A DNA stretch of 64,000 bases from Deltaproteobacteria bacterium (GTDB lineage Bacteria; Bdellovibrionota; JACOXK01; 2-02-FULL-40-11), in NCBI GenBank assembly GCA_016198185.1, contig JACQJD010000046.1:9242-73241 (forward strand), given 5' to 3'. Under the pieces are notes generated by a model, which saw nothing but the letters and a program-made list of their open reading frames with translations, did no database searches and was not told where the DNA came from. A program made the translations under genes and the position numbers. Positions 17,385 to 26,730 of this stretch are shown here, one piece after another; the stretch's first letter is position 1, and each line of letters begins with the position of its first letter.

Positions 17385-20300
17385 ATTCTTCTTGGAAATA
17401 TTTGAGTTTACTAGGCCAGATATAAGAAGATTCATAGGTACATCTGATTGTACGCGTACCATAGGTATAGGTGCGTTTATATACTTTTTTTCTTGCATAA
17501 CCAAAGTAGCATTCGCCATCTGTGGGTGTATCTTGTATGCTGATGACTCCATGGAGGGAGACAGTGGCTGGAACCTGTATATATCCTTCTGTGGCGATCT
17601 GAAGAGACAGCGCTGGAATTCCAAATTGAGAAACATCTATGGTTTGATATTCATCTCCATCGTACAAATACTCTGCGTATTCATATGTGCCGCCGCCGGA
17701 GGGATAAGAGAGTGTTCCTTTACAGACGTTTCTTGCTTTTAAAATTTTTAATGGGTGTCTTTCCCATGCGTCACAATCTAAGCACTCATGCCCTCCACCC
17801 GGTAGAAACTTATAGGTAACTGCGGTTGGCAATGGAGGCACAGCTTTCTGGTCGTTGTCTTCATAAAAATATCCTCCTCCAGATTCAAATTCTGCGCTTG
17901 CATAGGTGCAGGAATTTTTAGGTGAAAATGTCACATTAAATGGATTTTGTATGAGCGACTGTGTAATTTCTTGATCGGGCTCGGGTTGAGAAGATGTGGG
18001 GGGGGCAACCGTTGTTTCTTCCTGTTCTTCTTCTGCAGGTGCCTCTTCTTTACACTTGATTTTTAAATTTTTGATAATTTCCTGCGTTTCATTTGCACTT
18101 TCCCATAATGCCTGTGCTTTTAGGACAGGCAGCTTGGAAACGGAAAAGGTAGATTCCGAAAGTTCGGTATTACAGTTTATCTGTGTTGCTGCAAGAGCTT
18201 GATCCAAATTTTTACGTGCTTCAATCAAAGCTTGTTGTAAGTTTTCTCCAAGTGTTTTTATGTTTTCTCTCATCTGAGATTCTGCCGCTTGATAATCCTT
18301 TACAGAGCTCTCAAAGTTTTTAAGAGCTGGTGCATCTTTGTTGGTGCAGCCCATTCGCGTGTAAGTTTCTATTTCAGCATCTTCTCTCTGTATTCTTTTA
18401 GAGCACGTATCTGCATCAAACATTTCAATACAGGCCGCTTTCACAGAATCGTGCGCCATGTCTACTTTGAATTCTTGCATTTTACATTCTGACTTAAATT
18501 TATCATATTCTGTTTGAGCCTGTTTGAGATCTTCTTCAAATCCAAAGGTAATTTCTTTTTCCTTCTCGATATCCGTTTCGTATTGGTGTTGAAGCGTTTT
18601 TACGAAGTTTTCATATTCTTGTTTGTGCGCCAGACGTATATCCACAGAAAATTCTCGTCTACGTTGTATAGCGCCTTCTACTTCTTTAATTTTTGGATCT
18701 ATTTCATTGAGTTTACGTTTGGTATACTCTCTGAGAAGTGTTGATTCAATAATTAAGGTGCGAAGTTCAGCAGCTTTCGAATTGGTTTTACTCAAATTCT
18801 TTTCGAACGCTTTGATCATCTGATCATGAATGTCATCTACCATATTTTGCAGGCTGCCTAATCCGAGACCCGCACCAATACCTCCTAATGTACTGATATG
18901 ACCTTGAGCTTGCACTTTTACTTTTGCTGCCTTTAAGACAGCAATAAGTTTTAGAATGCCACTTGCGGCTTTTGTCCCAAAGAGTTTGGCCCATTTATCA
19001 TGTGAAAAGTTCAACAATGCGACAGCTTGATCTATCATTTTAGAGATAAATATAGGTTTGGCGGCAGCTACAACTATTACAGCTTTTGTTGCTCCTTCGG
19101 CAACCAACATCGAAATTTTAGGCATAATCGCGGCCACTGTGATAATCGCACTGATAGCGGTAGTGGCAGTGGTTATCGCTAAATAGTTTGTATCTTCAAA
19201 GGTTGTTCCATTTTTTAACATCCTTTCTTCTTTTTCTTCTAAAGATTTGAGCTCAGGAATTGCTGATATAAGATCCATCGATAGGGAGTGGTATAAATTT
19301 ACAATTCTTGATCTTAGTTTTGTGAGAGCAGACAAATCTTTGTATAATGTACAAGCATGTTCATCATTTTTGAGGGCTACTGTTTCGCAAACCGAATTTT
19401 CCTTCATCAAGCGGCCTTGTTGAGAAAAAATTTCTTGCATGGCCGTATTAATCTCAACAATCGTGTCTTCTACAAAATTATTATCTGCGTTTGCCATGGC
19501 TTCCTTAAAGTTCGCAACGGCCGCTTCACTTCCTTTAATTTCACCCTCTTCCAATAAAATATTAATAATGTTATTTGCAGATTTTATTTGTTTTTCTGTA
19601 AGTTCTGCGTTTGTCCCCAGAATATTTTCTTGTGCATATGCTTTCGAAATAAAAGGGGTCTTTAAGAAACGGCCTGAAGTCTGACTTTCTAGGAATCTTA
19701 TATGAACAGTTGGGGTTAAAATTAATGCCCCCGCGTTTAGGGGATTCTGCTCTACATCTTTAATATAAAATATAATCTGAGGGTCGGCCTGGATTTCGAA
19801 GTCTGGATAAAAAATGGCCACTTGATCGATGATCATATCTGCTGTTTGAGCTGTGGTATTGGGTGGAAGATACACAGTTTTATAAATAGCTTTGTCATAG
19901 GTATTTAAATCGATATCAGGAAGATTTAAAAAAGAAGCCGCTTCATTTAGAGATATATTTTTAAGCCCCAGCTGACCTTGAAAATTTAAAACCAGAACTC
20001 TTTTTTTTGTTTTCTGAAGAGGTTGAATGACAATGGGAGGTTGGATGCCATTTTGGTTAGGCCACATTAAACTTTTAAACACCGCATCGTTTTTAAGATC
20101 TACAAAATATCGCCAATAATAGTAAAGATTGTCAATTTCTTGTGGTGTGAGTGTTTGGAAAAAATGGGGTTTTAAAATATTTAAATAATCTTTAAAATTA
20201 ATGACGCCATCAGCATTGCGATCCAAAATGCCTTGCTGTGTAGGTAAGTTTTTGGACACAGTTTCTAATGTATTTACTAGCTGTGTTTGTTCATCTTCAG

Positions 20301-20766
20301 AAAGAGGCGTAAAATTTTCTAGATTGTTTATATCTAAATCATTCATTTCTGAAATCTTCTTTTGAATATTTTCTGAAATATGTTTTTGAAAAAAGGAAGT
20401 TGTATCAAAAAAGGTTCCCACGGCCAGACCGTTTCCGAAAATTTTCTGAATCAAATATTCACGTTCAGGGGTTGTAAATGTTTCCCCTTTATCTGTTAAA
20501 TATTTATCGATGAGTATATTTGCTTGATCTCGTGTCAATGAATCGGTTTGGGATGGAAAGTACTTTTTAAGATCCTTAAAAGAGAGAGTTTGTATTTCTA
20601 TTATTGATTCTTGAAGTTTTTCCTGATCCAGTTCAGAGGGTACAATTTGTGTTTCTTGAGTGGGAGAAGTTTGTGTTACGGATGAGTCACCCCCTCCGCC
20701 TCCACCGCCGCCGCATGCAGTGATAAAGACACAGCCAGCCCCAATCAAAAAGGATTTTTTTAACAT
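17374..20766 (-). CDS. Large lipoprotein (about 1130 aa) with coiled-coil regions, a central hydrophobic helical hairpin and a Cys-rich C-terminal domain
   Basis: Lipobox ...LIGAGCVFITAC followed by a G8 linker. Hydrophobic hairpin 'ITTATTAISAIITVAAIMPKISMLVAEGATKAVIVVAAAKPIFI'. Long charged heptad-like stretches. The C-terminus has many Cys and GGG motifs. Confidence 0.6.
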   Translation of the reverse strand: MLKKSFLIGAGCVFITACGGGGGGGGDSSVTQTSPTQETQIVPSELDQEKLQESIIEIQTLSFKDLKKYFPSQTDSLTRDQANILIDKYLTDKGETFTTPEREYLIQKIFGNGLAVGTFFDTTSFFQKHISENIQKKISEMNDLDINNLENFTPLSEDEQTQLVNTLETVSKNLPTQQGILDRNADGVINFKDYLNILKPHFFQTLTPQEIDNLYYYWRYFVDLKNDAVFKSLMWPNQNGIQPPIVIQPLQKTKKRVLVLNFQGQLGLKNISLNEAASFLNLPDIDLNTYDKAIYKTVYLPPNTTAQTADMIIDQVAIFYPDFEIQADPQIIFYIKDVEQNPLNAGALILTPTVHIRFLESQTSGRFLKTPFISKAYAQENILGTNAELTEKQIKSANNIINILLEEGEIKGSEAAVANFKEAMANADNNFVEDTIVEINTAMQEIFSQQGRLMKENSVCETVALKNDEHACTLYKDLSALTKLRSRIVNLYHSLSMDLISAIPELKSLEEKEERMLKNGTTFEDTNYLAITTATTAISAIITVAAIMPKISMLVAEGATKAVIVVAAAKPIFISKMIDQAVALLNFSHDKWAKLFGTKAASGILKLIAVLKAAKVKVQAQGHISTLGGIGAGLGLGSLQNMVDDIHDQMIKAFEKNLSKTNSKAAELRTLIIESTLLREYTKRKLNEIDPKIKEVEGAIQRRREFSVDIRLAHKQEYENFVKTLQHQYETDIEKEKEITFGFEEDLKQAQTEYDKFKSECKMQEFKVDMAHDSVKAACIEMFDADTCSKRIQREDAEIETYTRMGCTNKDAPALKNFESSVKDYQAAESQMRENIKTLGENLQQALIEARKNLDQALAATQINCNTELSESTFSVSKLPVLKAQALWESANETQEIIKNLKIKCKEEAPAEEEQEETTVAPPTSSQPEPDQEITQSLIQNPFNVTFSPKNSCTYASAEFESGGGYFYEDNDQKAVPPLPTAVTYKFLPGGGHECLDCDAWERHPLKILKARNVCKGTLSYPSGGGTYEYAEYLYDGDEYQTIDVSQFGIPALSLQIATEGYIQVPATVSLHGVISIQDTPTDGECYFGYARKKVYKRTYTYGTRTIRCTYESSYIWPSKLKYFQEEFKQ

Positions 20767-21044
20767 ATTTTGAATCTTTTCAGTATACGTTCCGGTTTGC
20801 CATCCCCGCGAAGGGCGAGGATCTTTTGTTCTTTGTTTTAATTTTACCATAGATTTCGAAGAAGAAAGAGTGTTTTAAATTAAAATTGGATGAGAAAATT
20901 TTTGCAGTTTATCTCCTCCCTATTTAAGTATTTTTTCTAATTCTCGGCAGTCTATTTTACGGTTATTCGTGTAAGTCAAAATAAGATAGGCTTAGGGTAC
21001 ACATTCAAAGAACCCACAAAATCCATCGATTGGGATCATAAGCT

Positions 21045-21143
21045 GGCTTTGGTCAGGTGTTCGCGTAGCGCGCGGTGTGGCGGCCCAAGACGCGCGCTGG
21101 TCGAAATCTCTAAGGCCGTGTTAAATCTACGTTTTTTCTTCTC
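21045..21143 (+). repeat. Hairpin element C (type-1 left arm / core variant 'caaga' / type-2 right arm and tail)
   Basis: gctttggtcaggtgttcgcgtagcgcgc - ggtgtggcggcccaagacgcg - cgctggtcgaaatctctaaggccgtgttaaatctacgttttttcttctc. Confidence 0.7.
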
Positions 21144-21173
21144 GGCGCTCTAGATAACGCTGATCTACTGCAT

Positions 21174-22403
21174 TTATTTAAAAATTAAACAACGATCTGC
21201 TTGCATTAAATTATTTTTAAGTTTTTCATAGGATGATGCAGAAAAAATAGAATATCCTATTCTGCCTCGATAATCGACAGCCTCAGGAATAGGTTCATGG
21301 GGTGCAATATCGAGATGATATTCTTCGAGCCCTTCTAGTTTTTTTAAAGCATCTATCCCATGAACTGAGTTATAAGATCGAAGGCCGTCCCTGATAAAAT
21401 AAATAATACCCGCTGTTTTTTTAATTTTTGGCGGAGAATACTGCAAAACTGAGATTGGCATATTCAAATAATTCTGAATCATGATTTTTCTTAAATCTAT
21501 CTTTTTTGAGATATGAATAAGATCTATGATGTGATCACCCGCAAGACGCGCAGCAATTTCAATCAGAATAGGCTCTTCTTGATCGAGACGTATTTCCATG
21601 TGAAATGGCCCCAGATTTATCTTCATAACAGTTATAATTTTTTTAACATATTGAAAAATTTTATCTCGAACACGCTGATTGAGATGAGCCTCAACGATAT
21701 GCCCTCTTTCAACGAAATAGGGATGGGGCCCTAAAATTTTCTCCGTAACACTCACAATTTGTGCTTCACCATTCTCAACAAAGCCTTCAATGCTAAATTC
21801 CGGCCCTTCTATATATTGTTCAATAATAGCTGCCCTTTTCAGAGAATACCCACAAAGATAATCTTCCAATGAAAGCGCTGTTTTAAGCGATTTTGCTAAC
21901 TCCTTGGGATTGCTCGCAAGAGACACAGCAACGCTCCCGGCATAATTTACAGGCTTTATCACGCAAGGAAATCCTACTTTTTCAATAATAGCAGGTATTT
22001 CTGTGAAATGCTGTGCCACAAAGTAGCATATATTTTTTAAACCCGCTTCATCGAGTACCTTTCTCATTTCATTTTTAAGTTTTACAGTGGGCCAACAGTT
22101 TTGATGAAGTCCTGGTAAACCCAAATCTCTGTTGGCTTGATTCGCCAATAGAACAGACAATTCACCTCCAGGAAGAATGGTCTGCATTTTTAATTTCTTT
22201 TGGTATTTTTGTACCTGATCTAAAAAAATATTTTCTTGATTCGTTGGAAGGTCGATGACTTCACATTTTTCTTTTATACTTTCTGGTAATGGAAGATGAT
22301 TAGAAAGATTCTTCAGAATAACCACTTTATAACCCAGCTCAATAGCAGCAGTAACCAATCCCAGCCCTGACGAATAAGGCTCTATAATACCGATCGTTTT
22401 CAT
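21174..22403 (-). CDS. ATP-grasp domain ligase (locus 1)
   Basis: 409 aa with an ATP-grasp fold layout ('CVIKPVNYAGSVAVSLASN', 'EQYIEGPEFSIEGFV', 'MEIRLDQEEPILIEIAARLAGD'). Paralogue of 25510..26730. Confidence 0.65.
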   Translation of the reverse strand: MKTIGIIEPYSSGLGLVTAAIELGYKVVILKNLSNHLPLPESIKEKCEVIDLPTNQENIFLDQVQKYQKKLKMQTILPGGELSVLLANQANRDLGLPGLHQNCWPTVKLKNEMRKVLDEAGLKNICYFVAQHFTEIPAIIEKVGFPCVIKPVNYAGSVAVSLASNPKELAKSLKTALSLEDYLCGYSLKRAAIIEQYIEGPEFSIEGFVENGEAQIVSVTEKILGPHPYFVERGHIVEAHLNQRVRDKIFQYVKKIITVMKINLGPFHMEIRLDQEEPILIEIAARLAGDHIIDLIHISKKIDLRKIMIQNYLNMPISVLQYSPPKIKKTAGIIYFIRDGLRSYNSVHGIDALKKLEGLEEYHLDIAPHEPIPEAVDYRGRIGYSIFSASSYEKLKNNLMQADRCLIFK

Positions 22404-22981
22404 ACTTGAACCCCAGACTTCTTTCTAAAGTATTTGACCTCTCCAAAAATCGTCGCTGAGATTAAGAGCAAGCCTGATAAGATACAGACACTTCTCGGCT
22501 CTGGGTAAAGTCCCATTCCTTCCCCAACGGCACCCGTGGCCCAAAAAACACCTGAATGACGCGCCCGCTGCGTTGAATCTTTTAAAAAATCAGCTGCAAA
22601 ATAATAATAAGAAGGACCCGAAATAAATTCACCCAAACTCAATAAAATAACAGCAATAATGACTATCCGATAATCTGTCGCAAACCCGACTAAGAACATG
22701 CTGATCACAAATAAACTCATGCCAATTTTAATTTTAAGCCAGTGAGAACTTATTTTTTTGATCCGACCATTCAACAGAAGAAAACCCAATACAATTGTTC
22801 CAGCATTGAGAGCAACCCAGATATTACCTTCTGACTCAAATCTCAACTGACTGGAAATGGAGGGAATGCTTGAAAAAATCATCGTATAACAAGCCCAAAA
22901 TCCAGAGATAATTAAAAGATAAACAAGATCTGGATGAAGATGAAGGTTGAGAGTCGATAAGTGTACCACGTTGCTCCTCAC
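22400..22981 (-). pseudogene. MFS transporter C-terminal half (truncated paralogue of 26727..27863)
   Basis: 193 aa that align only with residues about 215-404 of the MFS protein at locus 2 (LSLGEFISGPS.. versus LSLGELILSPT..). No N-terminal half lies upstream. Confidence 0.5.
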
Positions 22982-23164
22982 ATTGAAGCAAAAAGAAACA
23001 AAGAACGATAATAAAATAATTCTTAAAATGAAAATTCATATAAACAACTCATTTTCAAGGGATATGAGCAATTATACCCTAAGCACAAAGAAAAAGAAAA
23101 GTTTTTTGTTTGTGTTTTTAATAATTTTTTAATCCATTTTTAATTTTCCTATTTAAAAAAATTC

Positions 23165-23215
23165 TGAAAAATTCTGGGGGGAAATTCTGGGGACACGATA
23201 CTTAATTCATCTTTG
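23165..23215 (-). repeat. Inverted copy of the 'gataagtattgtgtcccc(a/c)gaattt' repeat
   Basis: The reverse complement reads gatgaattaagtatcgtgtccccagaatttccccccagaattttt. Confidence 0.45.
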
Positions 23216-23334
23216 CTGAAATCGGGGGATTCCGATTACCGCGCTGTGTAATATGATGTGGCATCCCCTTTGCCACGACTCTTGGAATTCTTGCCATGCG
23301 TTTTTTTAATGCTAAAAAAGAGTGGGATTAAGAG

Positions 23335-23365
23335 ATAAGTATTGTGTCCCTCGAATTTTGCTGGC
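23335..23365 (+). repeat. Direct copy of the 'gagataagtattgtgtccc' repeat just downstream of AbiEii
   Basis: gagataagtattgtgtccctcgaatttt. Confidence 0.5.
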
Positions 23366-23372
23366 ATGCAAT

Positions 23373-24164
23373 TTATTCCAATCTGGAAATGAGCTGATCT
23401 TTAACGACTTGCACAGCCATTTTTGGATCATACTTGACAGAGGGTAAAATAAGGCCATCGATATCTTTTAGAAAATCTAAAGAATTCATTTTCTTGTCTA
23501 AGTTTTCGATAAAATCTTTTTGTGAAATCTTTACTTTTTGAAAATTTAAATATTTTTGAAATGCTAAATTAATTTTATCTGGCATTGCCTTTCCCATGGT
23601 TAATCCTGCCCATAAATCAAAAAGATCTCGCCCTTTTCTTCGTTGATAAAGCGCGCGTAATTTCGTTCCCAAAAGCTCCTCCAGTGAATAAGTCAAAACA
23701 TCAACCTTTCCTTGATACCAACGTGACTGAACACTCAAAGGATATTTCATAAATCCAAAAACCGAAAAATGTTCACGGCAATTCATTTCAATTTTAAGCC
23801 TCAGAGGCACAATTGGAGGTCCTTCTGAGTTAAAGCGATAAATCAAATTTACTGTTCCTTTTTTGTGATTTCTTTGAGGGGTTCCCAGCCATGGATCCAA
23901 TACCGCCCTTAAAGCAGTAAGCGGGAGACCAATGGGTTCTGATTTTATTTGAACAAGATCAATATCCTCGGAATAGCGTGCACTCTTTTTTAAATATAGC
24001 TTGGAAAGAGCAGTCCCTCCCCTAAAAGCAAATGTTTTTGAAAGTTCGGGATGTTTATAAATTTCAATTAAAGCTCGAGAAACAATTAAATCCTGTTCAA
24101 CCTGTGCATCGGATACCCAAGGTGTAAATTTTCGCCACTCTGTAATGAAATCTTTAGGAATCAT
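23373..24164 (-). CDS. AbiEii-like nucleotidyltransferase toxin (DUF1814)
   Basis: 'FAFRGGTALSKLYL...RYSEDIDLV' is a DUF1814 nucleotidyltransferase signature. Overlaps the upstream AbiEi gene by 4 bp. Confidence 0.75.
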   Translation of the reverse strand: MIPKDFITEWRKFTPWVSDAQVEQDLIVSRALIEIYKHPELSKTFAFRGGTALSKLYLKKSARYSEDIDLVQIKSEPIGLPLTALRAVLDPWLGTPQRNHKKGTVNLIYRFNSEGPPIVPLRLKIEMNCREHFSVFGFMKYPLSVQSRWYQGKVDVLTYSLEELLGTKLRALYQRRKGRDLFDLWAGLTMGKAMPDKINLAFQKYLNFQKVKISQKDFIENLDKKMNSLDFLKDIDGLILPSVKYDPKMAVQVVKDQLISRLE

Positions 24165-24967
24165 AGATCAGCCTCTATTTTCATATTTATCAGTATTTTC
24201 CATTTATCATTAGGCTTGGCCCCTTTTTTAGAAGCTGAAGGGACCAAGGGAACAAATGCTTTTACTCTCTTTTTTATGACATTAAAAAGGGGCAAGGCAA
24301 ACTTTTTTTTCTTTAAAATGGAATCGAATAAAAATCCCAGCCTTTGAAGAGAAGATAATTCTGACACAAACTGGGTGGCTAAAATCATTTTTTGTGCGTC
24401 CATTTTTTCTAGTAATTCATAAAGAATCGTTACAACATTATTGAGCCCCCCTACATATTGAGGATATGAGACAAGATCCAATGCGGTTGCCTCAGGAGAG
24501 GAAATCGCCACAAATCCACGAGGCGTTTTAATATCAAGTTTTGGAATATCTTTAACAAATTGTCTTGCAATGAAATGTATTAGAACTGATCCACATTTTA
24601 TTTTTTTTCTGTTTTTTGGAACAACTACTTGAAATTCTTGTGGCTTTTGATGACTCGCCCCATGAAACTGGGCCGCCGTTAATAATCCCACATAGTATGG
24701 CTGTTTGAGAAAATTCATTAAATCTGGAATGAATTGTTCTGGCGGGAGACACCCCAGGCTTTGATACTCCGGAGGTATAATGATATGAAATCCACGAACT
24801 GGAGAGACAATAAATCCTTTGGATTTGAAGCGACGAACAGATGCTCGAACGGCTACAGTACTCTTTTTTAAGGCTAAAACAGCATCTTTTGTCGTAAAAA
24901 AATACCTTCCCTCCGCCTGAAGTTTCCGAATCCATAAATCAAGGTTCTTTTTTAGCTTGGCAGTCAC
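24161..24967 (-). CDS. AbiEi-like antitoxin / transcriptional regulator
   Basis: The N-terminal part ('YFFTTKDAVLAL...') resembles the AbiEi winged-helix family. 268 aa; operonic with AbiEii. Confidence 0.7.
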   Translation of the reverse strand: MTAKLKKNLDLWIRKLQAEGRYFFTTKDAVLALKKSTVAVRASVRRFKSKGFIVSPVRGFHIIIPPEYQSLGCLPPEQFIPDLMNFLKQPYYVGLLTAAQFHGASHQKPQEFQVVVPKNRKKIKCGSVLIHFIARQFVKDIPKLDIKTPRGFVAISSPEATALDLVSYPQYVGGLNNVVTILYELLEKMDAQKMILATQFVSELSSLQRLGFLFDSILKKKKFALPLFNVIKKRVKAFVPLVPSASKKGAKPNDKWKILINMKIEADL

Positions 24968-25261
24968 TTTACAAAAGTAACACTTTTAGTTATCTTTGTA
25001 AAGTTTTAACCCACGATGGATAAACTGGCCTTACCCCAGTTTTGAGGTGAGAAGATAAGCAATAGGTTGCAATACGATGTAAAGCCATACGTACTGGAAA
25101 GTCTTTTCTGTAGCTTAACTCATGGCATAAAAATGAGGTTAAAATAAGTGAGTAAAATAAGAAGATTTTTTAGTAAAAACTCAGAATTATGTAGAGAAAA
25201 AATAGCCTCCCCCTTAAAGTTAATTTTTCATCTAAACCAAAAGAAGGAGGCAAAAATGACA

Positions 25262-25335
25262 GTTAGAGATAAGTATTGTGTCCCCCGAATTTCCCCCCCG
25301 AATTTTCCCGAATTTTCATCCCCCGAATTTCTTCA
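25262..25335 (+). repeat. Direct copy of the 'gagataagtattgtgtccc' repeat with a tandem (c)ccgaattt expansion
   Basis: gagataagtattgtgtcccccgaatttcccccccgaattttcccgaattttcatcccccgaattt. Confidence 0.5.
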
Positions 25336-25509
25336 GAAATCTCAGACCTCAAGATGTTGCAGCTGCTGCTGCTCTTCATTAAATCTTCATGATCAGTGTA
25401 ACTGCCTCTGAATCATGATAATGACTTTTTTGGCTATCTCTTTTTAACTCGCTTTTTCCAAAAAATTGATTAATAAGTTAGAGCTCATTAAGGAGGCCAC
25501 AAGACGATT

Positions 25510-26730
25510 GTGTTACTGGAACCCGGCTTTGGTGGCTTAGGGTACATCGAAGCTGTCAAAAAAAGAGGGCATGAACTTCTCGTATTGACACAACGAGAAG
25601 AAAATCCACAAGAACGAGGATATGCCCATCTTTTGACAGATAAAATCGTTGTAGACTTTGAAGATTTCAAAACCCTTGTCAACACACTCAAAGCTAATCA
25701 ACATTTTTCAAAAATTAAGGCCATTCTGCCAGCTATGGATGAAAATACGCACACCGCATCTCGCCTAGCGGGCTCTCTAGGTTTTCGTGCTGCTCCCTAT
25801 GAAGCAATTATGGCGGGGAGATACAAAGACATAGGCCGAAAAGTTTGCAAAGAAAAAAACATTCAAACACCTCAATCCATTAAAGTACGCACAGAAAAAG
25901 AAGCCCGTGCAGCAGCCCATGCGCTTGGCTATCCGGTTATTCTTAAACCTGCCGATGGCGCAGGAAGCGCACATGTGACATTGCATAACACTGAAACATC
26001 ATTGCTAGAAGAAGTTAACCTGCTTTCAACGGTGAAGACAAATTATGGGTATCCGGTGAATGGAGAATTTTTGATTGAGGAGTTTATAGACGGTCAGGAA
26101 TTTAGCGTGGAGATTTTTATGTGGGATTCACAGGTCAAATTTGCAAGCGTGACAGAAAAACACACCACACCGCCTCCGTGTTTTGTAGAGACGCTCCATG
26201 TTGTTCCAACGGCCCTTTTTAAAGAAGAGATTCCTGAAATCATTCATTTTGCTGTTTCCGCACTCACAGCTATTGGTTATTCGGATGGGCCTGCGCATGT
26301 TGAATTAAAATTGTCAACTTCCGGACACTATTTTCTCATTGAAATAAATCCGCGCATTGGGGGTGACATGATCTCTACTGATTTACTTCGAATTTCTTTT
26401 GGGATGAATATGCATGACGCCCATATCTGTTGGGCTCTGGAAGAGCCCTATCCATTTCCCTCTTCACAAGCACTCTGCGCAACGGCCATTTCTTTCTTAT
26501 TGGCACCCACAAAGGGGCGATTGCTAAAAGTAGCGGGATGGGAAAATCTCTCTCAACAGGCAGGCATGGTCAAACATGCTCTCTTTCATAAAATAGGTGA
26601 ATGCGTTTTTCCACCAACTGAAAATGCTGAACGATTAGGATACCTTATTTGCAAAGGGGACACACCTCACATTGCGAAAGAACATGTAAAGAGTGCACTC
26701 GAGAGCTTAAGCATAGAAATTTCTTCATGA
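25510..26730 (+). CDS. ATP-grasp domain ligase (locus 2)
   Basis: 'VILKPADGAGSAHVTL', 'EEFIDGQEFSVEIF' and 'HVELKLSTSGHYFLIEINPRIGGD' give the ATP-grasp (carboxylate-amine ligase-like) topology. Confidence 0.65.
   Translation: MLLEPGFGGLGYIEAVKKRGHELLVLTQREENPQERGYAHLLTDKIVVDFEDFKTLVNTLKANQHFSKIKAILPAMDENTHTASRLAGSLGFRAAPYEAIMAGRYKDIGRKVCKEKNIQTPQSIKVRTEKEARAAAHALGYPVILKPADGAGSAHVTLHNTETSLLEEVNLLSTVKTNYGYPVNGEFLIEEFIDGQEFSVEIFMWDSQVKFASVTEKHTTPPPCFVETLHVVPTALFKEEIPEIIHFAVSALTAIGYSDGPAHVELKLSTSGHYFLIEINPRIGGDMISTDLLRISFGMNMHDAHICWALEEPYPFPSSQALCATAISFLLAPTKGRLLKVAGWENLSQQAGMVKHALFHKIGECVFPPTENAERLGYLICKGDTPHIAKEHVKSALESLSIEISS

Noticed and set aside
25148-25411. 87-aa ORF 'MSKIRRFF...'
   Set aside because: It runs through the cccgaattt tandem repeat and an intergenic region, and its composition is non-coding-like.
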